Shown piece after piece: positions 40,165 through 49,644 of a stretch of DNA of 64,000 bases (its first letter is position 1; every line of letters starts with the position of its first letter). Where the stretch lies: positions 87,521-151,520 of the forward strand of contig JARGOF010000008.1 of the NCBI GenBank assembly GCA_029212415.1, written 5' to 3'. Both the position numbers and the translations under genes were made by a program. The notes below the pieces were generated by a model. The model did not search any database and had not been told where the DNA came from. It saw nothing but the letters and a program-made list of their open reading frames with translations. This DNA is from Rhizobiaceae bacterium. Its GTDB lineage: Bacteria > Pseudomonadota > Alphaproteobacteria > Rhizobiales > Rhizobiaceae.

Positions 40165-41892
40165 ATGGCCGCAAACGGCAAAACCCGCCTGCAACAGTAT
40201 ATTCCAGTTCTCGACTGGGGGCGCAGCTATAATCGTGATGCGCTGACGAATGACCTTGTGGCTGCTGTGATCGTCACCATCATGCTCATTCCGCAATCGC
40301 TTGCCTATGCTTTGCTTGCCGGATTGCCTGCGCAAATGGGCATCTATGCCTCCATCGTCCCGATCATTCTCTATGCCATTTTCGGAACCAGCCGGGCACT
40401 GGCTGTGGGTCCGGTTGCGGTCGTCTCATTGATGACCGCCGCAGCCATCGGCAATATAGCCTCCCCCGGGTCGCCCGAATATATTGTTGCAGCTTTGACG
40501 CTGGCCTTTCTTTCCGGCGTATTTTTGTTGCTTCTTGGCGTCTTCAGGCTTGGTTTTCTTGCCAATTTCCTGTCCCATCCGGTGATTGCCGGCTTCATAA
40601 CCGCATCTGGAATCATCATTGCGGTCAGCCAGTTGAAACATATTCTGGGTGTTGAGGCTTCCGGTCACAATCTGCTTGAAATTGTCACCTCGATCCTTAC
40701 CCACCTGGGCGACACAAACTGGATCACGCTGATCATCGGCATTTTTGCCATCGGCTTTCTGTTCTGGGTGCGCAAGGGCCTCAAACCTGTCCTGCTCATG
40801 GCTGGTCTGGGTGAACGCATGGCAACGATCGTTGCCAAGTCAGGCCCCGTGGCCGTCGTCTTTGTCACCACCTTGGTCACCTGGGCTTTCGGGCTCGCAG
40901 GCTTGGGTGTGCAGGTCGTTGGAGAGGTTCCGCAGGGGCTACCTCCCCTCACCCTGCCGTCCTTTTCCATGGACCTGTGGGGCGATCTGATTGGCGCAGC
41001 CATTCTGCTTTCAGTCATCGGCTTTGTGGAATCGGTTTCGGTTGCCCAGACGCTGGCTGCGAAGCGGCGCCAGCGCATCAATCCGGATCAGGAGCTGATC
41101 GGACTTGGTGCTGCCAATATCGGCGCGGCCTTTACGGGCGGCTATCCGGTGACGGGCGGCTTTGCCCGGTCTGTGGTCAATTTTGACGCGGGTGCGGAGA
41201 CACCGGCGGCAGGCGCCTATACGGCGGTCGGACTGGCGATCGCGGCTCTCGTCCTGACACCACTGGTGTTTTTCTTGCCCAAGGCAACGCTGGCCGCTAC
41301 CATCATCGTCGCGGTGCTGTCACTGGTCGATTTTTCCATTATCGGCAAAGCCTGGACCTACTCAAAGGCAGATTTTGCCGCCGTTTGCGCCACGATCGCA
41401 ATCACGCTGGGCATGGGCGTAGAACTGGGTGTTACCGCCGGTGTGGTCATTTCCATCGTCATTCATCTGTATCGGACATCGCGGCCGCATATGGCGATTG
41501 TCGGACGTGTTCCAGGGACAGAGCATTTTCGCAACGTGCGTCGGCACGACGTGATCACCAGCGAAAAAATCCTCACTGTGAGAGTGGATGAAAGCCTCTA
41601 TTTTGCCAATGCGCATTTTCTGGAAGACAAGATTTACGACATGGTCGCGCAGAATCCAAAGGTCGAACACGTCATCCTGATGTGTCCGGCCGTCAATGAT
41701 ATCGATATGAGCGCATTGGAATCGCTGGAAGCCATCAATGAACGGCTTAAAGCCACCAACGTCAAATTTCATCTGACGGAAATCAAGGGCCCGGTCATGG
41801 ACAGGCTCAAATGCAGCGACTTTCTTTCACATCTGACAGGCAAAGTATTCCTGAGCCAGCATCTGGCTGTGAAAGAACTTTCATCCGAATAG
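40165..41892 (+). CDS. SulP family anion transporter with STAS domain
   Basis: IPQSLAYALLAGLP, GPVAVVSL, FLSHPVIAGF, LYFANA. Confidence 0.95.
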   Translation: MAANGKTRLQQYIPVLDWGRSYNRDALTNDLVAAVIVTIMLIPQSLAYALLAGLPAQMGIYASIVPIILYAIFGTSRALAVGPVAVVSLMTAAAIGNIASPGSPEYIVAALTLAFLSGVFLLLLGVFRLGFLANFLSHPVIAGFITASGIIIAVSQLKHILGVEASGHNLLEIVTSILTHLGDTNWITLIIGIFAIGFLFWVRKGLKPVLLMAGLGERMATIVAKSGPVAVVFVTTLVTWAFGLAGLGVQVVGEVPQGLPPLTLPSFSMDLWGDLIGAAILLSVIGFVESVSVAQTLAAKRRQRINPDQELIGLGAANIGAAFTGGYPVTGGFARSVVNFDAGAETPAAGAYTAVGLAIAALVLTPLVFFLPKATLAATIIVAVLSLVDFSIIGKAWTYSKADFAAVCATIAITLGMGVELGVTAGVVISIVIHLYRTSRPHMAIVGRVPGTEHFRNVRRHDVITSEKILTVRVDESLYFANAHFLEDKIYDMVAQNPKVEHVILMCPAVNDIDMSALESLEAINERLKATNVKFHLTEIKGPVMDRLKCSDFLSHLTGKVFLSQHLAVKELSSE

Positions 41893-41893
41893 G

Positions 41894-41920
41894 AGACCGC
41901 GTGCCAGGGGCGCGCGGTCT
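41894..41920. terminator. Hairpin between convergent sulP and glnN
   Basis: AGACCGCGTGCC-agg-GGCGCGCGGTCT. Confidence 0.55.
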
Positions 41921-41966
41921 GTTATGCTTACCGGTTGCAGGTTTTGCCGCAACCGGCACTGCTGTG

Positions 41967-44147
41967 TTACCGGATGAACAGCATTTCCTGATAGGTTGGC
42001 AGTGGCCAAAGATCATCTGCAACTATGTCTTCCAGCGCATCGACAATCTTACGGACTTCAAGCATTTTCGGCAGGATCAAATCCTTGACAAAATGACAAT
42101 GCGCGGCAACATCCGCAGCGTCGTTCTCATTCGCCTTGAGCGCGACAAGTTCCGCAACCGAATCCTGCAAACTGCCGATCAGATCTGTCACCTGCAAAAT
42201 GGTTGCATGGTCTGATTCAATGCCGATTGCCTTGAGATTTGCAAGACTTGATGCGAGTTCGCCTTGGTAGCGGACTGCCGCCGGCAGAACCATGGTACGG
42301 GCCATCTCCACAACCAGATTGGATTCCACATTCACGGCATGAATGTATTGCTCGGCATAGACTTCGTAACGTGAATCCAATTCGCGTTCGGAGAGAACAC
42401 CGTATTTTCCAAACAATTCCGTGTAGCGTTTTTCCTTGATGACACCGACAGCATCGGGTGTTGTCACAAGGTTCGGCAAGCCCCGTCTTGCAGCTTCATC
42501 CTGCCATTCATCCGAATATCCGTCTCCATTGAAAACAACGCTGGAACACTCCGTCCAGACCTTCTTTACATAGTCTGACACGGCCTTGCCCAGCAGTTCC
42601 GGCGTGCTTGTATCCGACGCTTCCAGCATGGTGGCCGCTTCGTCCAGAGCTTCCGCCATGATCGTATTCATTGCCACCATCGGGCCGGCAATGGACTGGT
42701 TTGAGCCGACAGCACGGAATTCAAAACGGTTGCCGGTAAAAGCCATCGGGCTGGTGCGGTTGCGATCACCGGAATCCTTTGGTATCTGCGGCAGGACGTC
42801 CACACCGAGATTGAGCGGCGCCTTTCTGGACGTCACCTGGCCGCCATTGACAATGGATTCCATGATTTCATTGAGCTCCGCACCCAGGAAAACCGACAGG
42901 ATTGCAGGTGGCGCCTCATTGGCACCCAACCGATGGTCATTCGAGGCCGAAGCGACGACAGAGCGTAGCAATTTGGCATGTTTGTAGACGGCTGAGACCA
43001 TCGCAGCGCAAAAGACGATGAACTGGGTATTTTCTGCTGGTGTATCGCCCGGATCAAAGAGGTTGCCGGCCTTGGACGAGCCCATCGAAAAATTGACGTG
43101 TTTGCCGCTGCCGTTGACGCCGGCAAAGGGCTTTTCATGCAGCAGACAGACCATGCCATATTTGGTGGCGACCTTCTTCAGCGTGGTCATGACCAATTGC
43201 TGGTGGTCCGTGGCAACATTGGCAAATTCGAAAACCGGCGCCAGTTCGAACTGACCCGGAGCCACCTCATTGTGCCTTGTCTTGGCCGGGATGCCGAGCT
43301 TGAAGCACTCGCGTTCCACCTCGAACATGAAGGCCTGCACCCTTTCCGGAATTGCTCCGAAATAGTGGTCATCAAATTCCTGTCCCTTGGGCGGCGGTGC
43401 ACCAAACAGCGTACGGCCACAGGCCAAAAGGTCCGGGCGCGCGTAGTAGAAATGGTTGTCAACGAGGAAATATTCCTGCTCGGCACCGGCAGTTGCCGAT
43501 ACGAAGGGGCCATCCGTTCCAAAGAACTTCAAAACACGCTGCGTCTGTGAATTGAGCGCCTGCATGGAGCGCAAGACTGGCGTCTTCTTGTCGAGCGCTT
43601 CGCCCGTCCAGGACACAAAGGCGGTGGGAATGCATAGCGTCGTGCCGTTGGGATTTTCGATGATATAGGCAGGACTGGTCACGTCCCAGATCGTATATCC
43701 GCGCGCTTCAAAGGTCTGGCGAATGCCGCCATTGGGGAAAGACGATCCGTCGGGTTCACCCTGAATAAGCGCTTTACCGGCAAAGGTTGCAATCGTGCCG
43801 CCATCGCCATCGGGATCGAAGAAGGAATCATGTTTCTCGGCAGTCAGGCCGGTCAGCGGATAAAAGACGTGGGCATAATGCGTGACACCCTTTGTGATGG
43901 CCCAGGTCTTGATGGCCTCGGCGACCGCGTCTGCAGTGGTGATATCAAGTGGCTGACCGGACATGATTGTTTTCTTCAGCGATTTGAAGATCGCCTTGGG
44001 CAGTCGTTGCTCCATCTTGTCCAGACTGAAGACGTTTTCGCCCCAGACGGAACTGGTTGGACTGGAAACAAAATCAAAACCGGATTCAACAATGGGTGTG
44101 GTGATTATTGAAGCAATGGCATTAAGGCGCGCCGAATTTCCACTCAT
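41967..44147 (-). CDS. glnN: Glutamine synthetase type III
   Basis: 726 aa; [79 protein letters not shown]. Confidence 0.93.
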   Translation of the reverse strand: MSGNSARLNAIASIITTPIVESGFDFVSSPTSSVWGENVFSLDKMEQRLPKAIFKSLKKTIMSGQPLDITTADAVAEAIKTWAITKGVTHYAHVFYPLTGLTAEKHDSFFDPDGDGGTIATFAGKALIQGEPDGSSFPNGGIRQTFEARGYTIWDVTSPAYIIENPNGTTLCIPTAFVSWTGEALDKKTPVLRSMQALNSQTQRVLKFFGTDGPFVSATAGAEQEYFLVDNHFYYARPDLLACGRTLFGAPPPKGQEFDDHYFGAIPERVQAFMFEVERECFKLGIPAKTRHNEVAPGQFELAPVFEFANVATDHQQLVMTTLKKVATKYGMVCLLHEKPFAGVNGSGKHVNFSMGSSKAGNLFDPGDTPAENTQFIVFCAAMVSAVYKHAKLLRSVVASASNDHRLGANEAPPAILSVFLGAELNEIMESIVNGGQVTSRKAPLNLGVDVLPQIPKDSGDRNRTSPMAFTGNRFEFRAVGSNQSIAGPMVAMNTIMAEALDEAATMLEASDTSTPELLGKAVSDYVKKVWTECSSVVFNGDGYSDEWQDEAARRGLPNLVTTPDAVGVIKEKRYTELFGKYGVLSERELDSRYEVYAEQYIHAVNVESNLVVEMARTMVLPAAVRYQGELASSLANLKAIGIESDHATILQVTDLIGSLQDSVAELVALKANENDAADVAAHCHFVKDLILPKMLEVRKIVDALEDIVADDLWPLPTYQEMLFIR

Positions 44148-44203
44148 GAGGAGTTCCTTTTGTTATTGGTGTGGGGACAACGTGCCCAACGCCCTTAACC
44201 TAA

Positions 44204-44218
44204 GCAAATTCCGTGCCA
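44204..44218 (-). promoter_or_regulatory. Sigma54 (-24/-12) promoter of glnN
   Basis: Minus strand TGGCAC-ggaat-TTGC, perfect consensus, about 57 bp before the start codon. Confidence 0.85.
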
Positions 44219-44888
44219 TCTCAAAAGAAGAATATGCGCGGTACGCCCCTGAATTTCCGATGAAAATGCCAATAAATGCGGCGATGTGATCGATATTTAG
44301 TCACTGCGCCGGCACACCACCACAAGAGCGACCCTTCTTTTCAAATCGGCCTCACGCTTAGGGTTCATCGGGCGGCTTCGGTGGTGGCCGTTGGCTTGCA
44401 CTGCGATCTCTGCGCCATACTTGAGGACCACGACACGGGGCCGCATAAGATCGAAGCCATTCGTGCTGATCTGGGGATCCGCTGTTGCATCTCTTGAAAT
44501 TGCCGCATGCAGGTAAGTGCATTAAAAATTGTGAAATGCCCACTTGGTGGCAGAGTAAGGCTGTGAAAAAGAGCCTGGCCACGAAAATGTCGTTTGAAGG
44601 TGGTTGGCGCCGATCGTGCAACAGAAAAAATTGACTATATGGTCGCCCGCAAAAATGCGACGCCTTACACTTCTGGGCATCACAACAAGATAAAAAACCA
44701 AGTCACGCACCATATCCTTTGCCCGATGGGTCAAAATGCCGCCGAGTGTGCTTCTATGCTGATGCCGGGATTGACCCCGCTGCGCCATCTAGGTTTCCGC
44801 CATTCGCTTTTCCGATGCTCTGTTGATATGGCAGGATACGACAAAACAAATTCTAAAACAGAGGAATATTACTGAATAACCGCCACTT

Positions 44889-44903
44889 TTAAGAACAATT
44901 TAA
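44889..44903. promoter_or_regulatory. CtrA consensus box upstream of the diguanylate cyclase trio
   Basis: TTAA-gaacaat-TTAA. Confidence 0.55.
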
Positions 44904-44983
44904 TCTATTTACATGCAGGTTCGATAACAACTGAACACTTATAAAAGTGTTTCCATAAGCAGCGTACTGGAAGGATACCGGGC

Positions 44984-46078
44984 TTGAATATTGCAATGTC
45001 CATGCTGGACTCTGTCGGCCTGATGGCTTTGCTCTCTGTGATTCTGGGTACATTGCTCAGAACCGGATTGAGCAAATTTCAAAAATCTGTTGCCGCGGGT
45101 TTCCTGTTTGGGGGCGGTGCTGTCCTCTCAATGATGTCTCCAATAGCCATTATGCCCGGCATTATTGTGGATGGTCGCAGTGTCATGATTGGTCTTGGCG
45201 CTGCGTTCGGTGGTATACCTGCTGCCATTGTATCTGCTGCCATTGCGGCAAGCTATCGCGTTTACCTGGGAGGCTTGGGCGCCTTTCCCGGGGCGACCGG
45301 CATCATAGTGGCTGCCATTCTGGGCACGATATGGTCCAGATATCTGCGCCCCAAAGGCCGGATCAAAGTTTACCATCTTGTTGTTGTTGGTGTCATAATC
45401 TCTCTCCAGTTTGCTGTGGCTTTTTTGTTTCCCTACGAAATTGCCATCAAAATGATCTACGACGTCTATCCGATTTACTTCCTGGCCTCTGTCACAAGTG
45501 CCGTCATTTTGGGGACACTTATCGAAAGGGAGCGACGCCTGATCTCATCTGGAGCTTCATTGAAACAAGCGGCTGAAAATGACTTTTTGACGGGACTGGC
45601 CAATCGGAGGTCATTGCAAATGGCCGCATCGGACACGGAGAACCCGGCGGAATCGGGCTCACCGCGCCATACGCTGGTGGTTCTTGACCTGGATCATTTC
45701 AAGCAGATCAATGACAAGTGGGGGCACGATGCAGGCGATCGTGCGCTGGTGACTTTTGCCGACATCATGCGTCAGCATAGCCGCGCTGGTGACGTGGTCG
45801 CCCGTCAAGGTGGAGAGGAATTTGCAATTCTCATGAAAAACACGTCCCTCCCCGATGCCAAGAACGGTATGGAACGCATTTTGCAGGCAACACGAAGCAC
45901 AAAGATCGAAGGCCCTGCGGGTGGCTTCCATTTGACCGTCAGCGCCGGGATGGTGGAGTATCGTCCAGCCGAAGAATCCTTTTCGGCAGCCATGAGCCGA
46001 GCAGACGTAGCGCTTTACAATGCAAAAAGCGCGGGGCGCGATCAAATAAAAATCGCCCAATACAACAAAGCTGCATAG
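44984..46078 (+). CDS. Membrane diguanylate cyclase (5TM/LytS-like sensor plus GGDEF)
   Basis: About 6 TM helices with DGRSV motif; RAGD I-site and GGEEF. Confidence 0.9.
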   Translation: MNIAMSMLDSVGLMALLSVILGTLLRTGLSKFQKSVAAGFLFGGGAVLSMMSPIAIMPGIIVDGRSVMIGLGAAFGGIPAAIVSAAIAASYRVYLGGLGAFPGATGIIVAAILGTIWSRYLRPKGRIKVYHLVVVGVIISLQFAVAFLFPYEIAIKMIYDVYPIYFLASVTSAVILGTLIERERRLISSGASLKQAAENDFLTGLANRRSLQMAASDTENPAESGSPRHTLVVLDLDHFKQINDKWGHDAGDRALVTFADIMRQHSRAGDVVARQGGEEFAILMKNTSLPDAKNGMERILQATRSTKIEGPAGGFHLTVSAGMVEYRPAEESFSAAMSRADVALYNAKSAGRDQIKIAQYNKAA

Positions 46079-46220
46079 TATAGAAAGCAATACAGTGAAA
46101 GCATCTCATGGCCCGGTTTTTGGGGAAAATGTCTCCATTTACGGTTCATCCATGGGCTATCCTGACAATTTGAGGCAATCTGGGAACTCAAACTTCACTC
46201 AATCTTGCTATTTAATACTG

Positions 46221-47039
46221 ATGAAAAAACTTCGTGGATTTCTGCCAGACTTATATCTACCGGCTGGATGCTGGAAACGTATTGTCGTCAGGACTACTCT
46301 TCTCTCAATGATTATATGTGTGATTGCCATAGCTGGCTCCGCATTCGCAAACGACACGACGATCCAGGCTCTGCCGCTCCGCGACATAATGGTGGCCGTA
46401 GGACTTTCCATCATGTTGACCGTTCCGGTAATCGGTACGTTTGCATTCAAGATAGAAGAACTCAACCTCGCCTACGCAGAACTGCAACGTCACGCGACGA
46501 TGGATTCACTCACAGGCGCCATGAACCGCGCGGCATTCATCGCTGCAACAGAGCAACATCTGTCAAATGCTGAAAGCGGCTATAACCAATGTATTGGCAG
46601 CATATTGGCACTTGACGTCGATAGCTTCAAAACAGTGAACGATCTATTCGGGCACCATGCGGGCGACGATGCTCTCCAACGGATTGTGGCCACTGCGCGC
46701 ATGCAAATCCGCGAAGCTGACTTTCTGGGCCGCATGGGCGGGGAGGAATTTGCCATTTTTCTGGTCGGCGCGGAATTGAACCTTGCACTGACCATTGCTG
46801 AACGCGTGCGACTGGCTATCAGCGATATCCAGTTCAAGCCAGAGGGAAAATCTCACACGCTATCAGTCAGCATCGGGGTCTACACGCTTAAGGATAACAA
46901 GAGTTTTGCAGAGCTCTACCATGCAAGTGATCGCCTGCTTTACAGAGCCAAGAACAACGGACGCAACAGGGTCGAGTTTGACCACCGACAACAAGGTGCA
47001 GCGAAAACGGATGGGCGTGCTCAATTTGCCGATTCATAA
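46221..47039 (+). CDS. Diguanylate cyclase with two TM helices
   Basis: READ I-site and GGEEF; start inferred. Confidence 0.88.
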   Translation: MKKLRGFLPDLYLPAGCWKRIVVRTTLLSMIICVIAIAGSAFANDTTIQALPLRDIMVAVGLSIMLTVPVIGTFAFKIEELNLAYAELQRHATMDSLTGAMNRAAFIAATEQHLSNAESGYNQCIGSILALDVDSFKTVNDLFGHHAGDDALQRIVATARMQIREADFLGRMGGEEFAIFLVGAELNLALTIAERVRLAISDIQFKPEGKSHTLSVSIGVYTLKDNKSFAELYHASDRLLYRAKNNGRNRVEFDHRQQGAAKTDGRAQFADS

Positions 47040-47135
47040 GGACCGTCATATTTCTGCCTCCCAAGAACAAAGGTATTACGCGTTGCTAAAACCAGCGATA
47101 CGAAGACACATCATCTCTATAGATGATCAATCGAG

Positions 47136-49625
47136 ATGAAGTTCCGCAAGCCACCCATTGCTGTCCTCATTGGCCTGTCTATTGTCATACCATTGCTTGT
47201 TGTTGTCGGCATCGGTCTTTACGGAATTGTGCAGGTCCGCGCACTGGATGGTATCGCTAAAGAGGTGGAGCAAAGCCTGCTGCCCAAGCACGCATTGCTG
47301 CGCACAATCAGACAGTCGACAGCTTCGCTGAACCTGCTTGTGGCCCGACAGACCCAAAGCAATCATCTTCCGAATCTGGCTCCCGTTAGCAGTCAGATCG
47401 CCATGCTGAAATTGAAAACGGATATGGCCATGGAAGATTATGGCGAGGTTTTATACTCATCACAGGAAAAATCGACGTTCAACCGCCTGAACACGGCGAT
47501 CACCGACTACCATAATTCTCTGGCACATGCCGAGAACGCTGAAAACAAGGCGATGACGTCTCCAGAGACTGAGCAATTCTATGTAAATACCGGCAATGCA
47601 TTCGCGGCAGCATTTCAAAAAACCGACGCACTGGAAAACATTGTCCACAGACAGGTTCAGGACGCTCGATCCCGCGGCAAGGCCATCGTCCGACAGGCTG
47701 TTTTTGTCATTATGTTGCTTATTGCCGGCTCGACTGTAGCGGCCATTGTAGGAACCCTGCGCGCAATGCGGTCTGTCGCCACACCATTGGAACGCATCAG
47801 CAACGCCATGCGTCGGCTCATGGAAGGCGATGAGAATGTTGATCTGGGAGACATTGCAGGCGCAAGCGAAGAGATGTCCGCGCTCATCTCTGCAACAAAG
47901 GGCTATCGCGACAGCGTGATCCAGGCTCGGGAACTGGCAGAAGTTGCCGAAGGCAACAGAAGCCGGTTGGCATCGGCAATTGACAATATGCCGATTGGAC
48001 TGTGCATGTTTGACAATGATAACCGTCTGATCGTGTGCAATGAAAAATATTCAGCCCTCTACAAATTACGGCCGGAACTGACAGTCGCCGGCACAAGCCA
48101 TGCCGCCATCAATGCTGAACGGATCAGACAAAAAACCTTCTTTGGTTCCGATCCGGAGTCCTATCTCAGAGAAATTGAAGAAACTGTCGTTGGAAAAATT
48201 GATGGGGCCAGCATCTGCGAGATCAATGACGGACGTACTATTTCTGTGGTGTTTCAGCCTATGCGCGGAGGCTGGCTCGCTACCCATGAGGACATCACAG
48301 ACCGCCGTCGTTCAGAAGCGCGCATATTTCATATGTCCCGACACGACGCGCTGACAGATCTTCCCAACCGAACGTTGTTTAGCGAAAATGTCAACCTGGC
48401 CCTGACAAACCTTGCCGAAAACCAGCAATTGGCTGTTCTGGGTATCGACCTTGACCACTTCAAGGATGTCAACGATTCGCTTGGCCATCCTATTGGCGAC
48501 CGCGTGTTGCAGACGGTGGCAAAGCGTCTTCAGTCGACATTGCGCGACAGTGATACGGTTGCCCGCTTTGGCGGCGATGAATTTGCAGTGGTGCAGGTCA
48601 ACCCGGATCAACCGGCTGCCGCCCATGCCCTCGCGCAAAGATTGATTGATACAATCAGCAAGACGATACAGATCGATGGCCAGACGATTTCCATTGGTGC
48701 CAGCATCGGCATAGCGATGGCACCTACTGACGGAAACACCGCTGAAATTCTGCTGAAAAATGCCGACCTTGCAATGTATCGATCCAAGGAAGAAGGACGC
48801 GGTGTCTATCACTTCTTTGAACCGGAAATGGACGCACGTATGCAGACCCGTCGCCAGATGGCGCTCGATTTGCACCGCGCTCTGACAGAAGGTGAGTTTG
48901 TCCTGCACTATCAGCCACTGATGAACGTGGAGGCCAATGTGGTCTGCGGGTTCGAGGCTCTGCTTCGTTGGAATCATCCTGAGCGCGGAATGGTTTCTCC
49001 GGCTGAATTCATCCCCGTTGCCGAGGAGATAGGCCTGATCATCCCGTTGGGCGAATGGGTTCTGCATCAGGCATGCAAGGATGCAAATAGCTGGCCGGAT
49101 GATATTCGTGTCGCAGTCAATCTATCACCGGCGCAATTCCGCAGTCATCGCCTGGCAGAAACCGTGATGACGACTTTGAGTATTTCGCAACTTTTGCCCC
49201 GGCGTCTGGAATTGGAAATCACCGAAGGCGTACTGCTGACCGAGACGGAAGAAACCTTGTCGACCTTGCACCGCTTGCGCGAACTTGGCGTCTTCATAGC
49301 AATGGACGATTTTGGTACCGGCTATTCCTCCTTGAGTTATCTTCAGAGATTCCCATTCGACAAGATCAAGATTGATTCCTCTTTCGTTCGCGCGATGAAC
49401 GGCGAAGAGAATACAATGGCCATCATCCGTGCTGTCACCAGCCTGGGCGCCAGTCTTGGCATGACCACCACCGCAGAGGGGGTCGAAACAGAGGAACAGC
49501 TTGAATGGGTGCGCCGCGAAGGCTGCACGGAGGTTCAGGGGTTTTTATTCAGCAAGGGGGTGCCAGCAAATGAGGTTGGCGCGATTATTGAAAAACTTGG
49601 CAGCAAAGCTGCAGTCGCCGCCTGA
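47136..49625 (+). CDS. Sensor-HAMP-PAS-GGDEF-EAL c-di-GMP enzyme
   Basis: Two TM helices, HAMP, PAS-like region, GGDEF, EAL, DDFGTGYSSL all intact. Confidence 0.93.
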   Translation: MKFRKPPIAVLIGLSIVIPLLVVVGIGLYGIVQVRALDGIAKEVEQSLLPKHALLRTIRQSTASLNLLVARQTQSNHLPNLAPVSSQIAMLKLKTDMAMEDYGEVLYSSQEKSTFNRLNTAITDYHNSLAHAENAENKAMTSPETEQFYVNTGNAFAAAFQKTDALENIVHRQVQDARSRGKAIVRQAVFVIMLLIAGSTVAAIVGTLRAMRSVATPLERISNAMRRLMEGDENVDLGDIAGASEEMSALISATKGYRDSVIQARELAEVAEGNRSRLASAIDNMPIGLCMFDNDNRLIVCNEKYSALYKLRPELTVAGTSHAAINAERIRQKTFFGSDPESYLREIEETVVGKIDGASICEINDGRTISVVFQPMRGGWLATHEDITDRRRSEARIFHMSRHDALTDLPNRTLFSENVNLALTNLAENQQLAVLGIDLDHFKDVNDSLGHPIGDRVLQTVAKRLQSTLRDSDTVARFGGDEFAVVQVNPDQPAAAHALAQRLIDTISKTIQIDGQTISIGASIGIAMAPTDGNTAEILLKNADLAMYRSKEEGRGVYHFFEPEMDARMQTRRQMALDLHRALTEGEFVLHYQPLMNVEANVVCGFEALLRWNHPERGMVSPAEFIPVAEEIGLIIPLGEWVLHQACKDANSWPDDIRVAVNLSPAQFRSHRLAETVMTTLSISQLLPRRLELEITEGVLLTETEETLSTLHRLRELGVFIAMDDFGTGYSSLSYLQRFPFDKIKIDSSFVRAMNGEENTMAIIRAVTSLGASLGMTTTAEGVETEEQLEWVRREGCTEVQGFLFSKGVPANEVGAIIEKLGSKAAVAA

Positions 49626-49644
49626 CGATCTGCCTGCTGTTTGG

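Noticed and set aside
44260-44555. Possible NtrC sites upstream of glnN
   Set aside because: Best candidates match TGCAC-N7-GTGCA poorly
44594-44875. 93-aa plus-strand ORF and the overlapping 88-aa minus-strand ORF
   Set aside because: No RBS or recognisable domain, and the two frames overlap each other
21557-44983. Sulfur island as a mobile element
   Set aside because: No integrase, transposase, tRNA or flanking direct repeat was found by eye, so mobility is not supported
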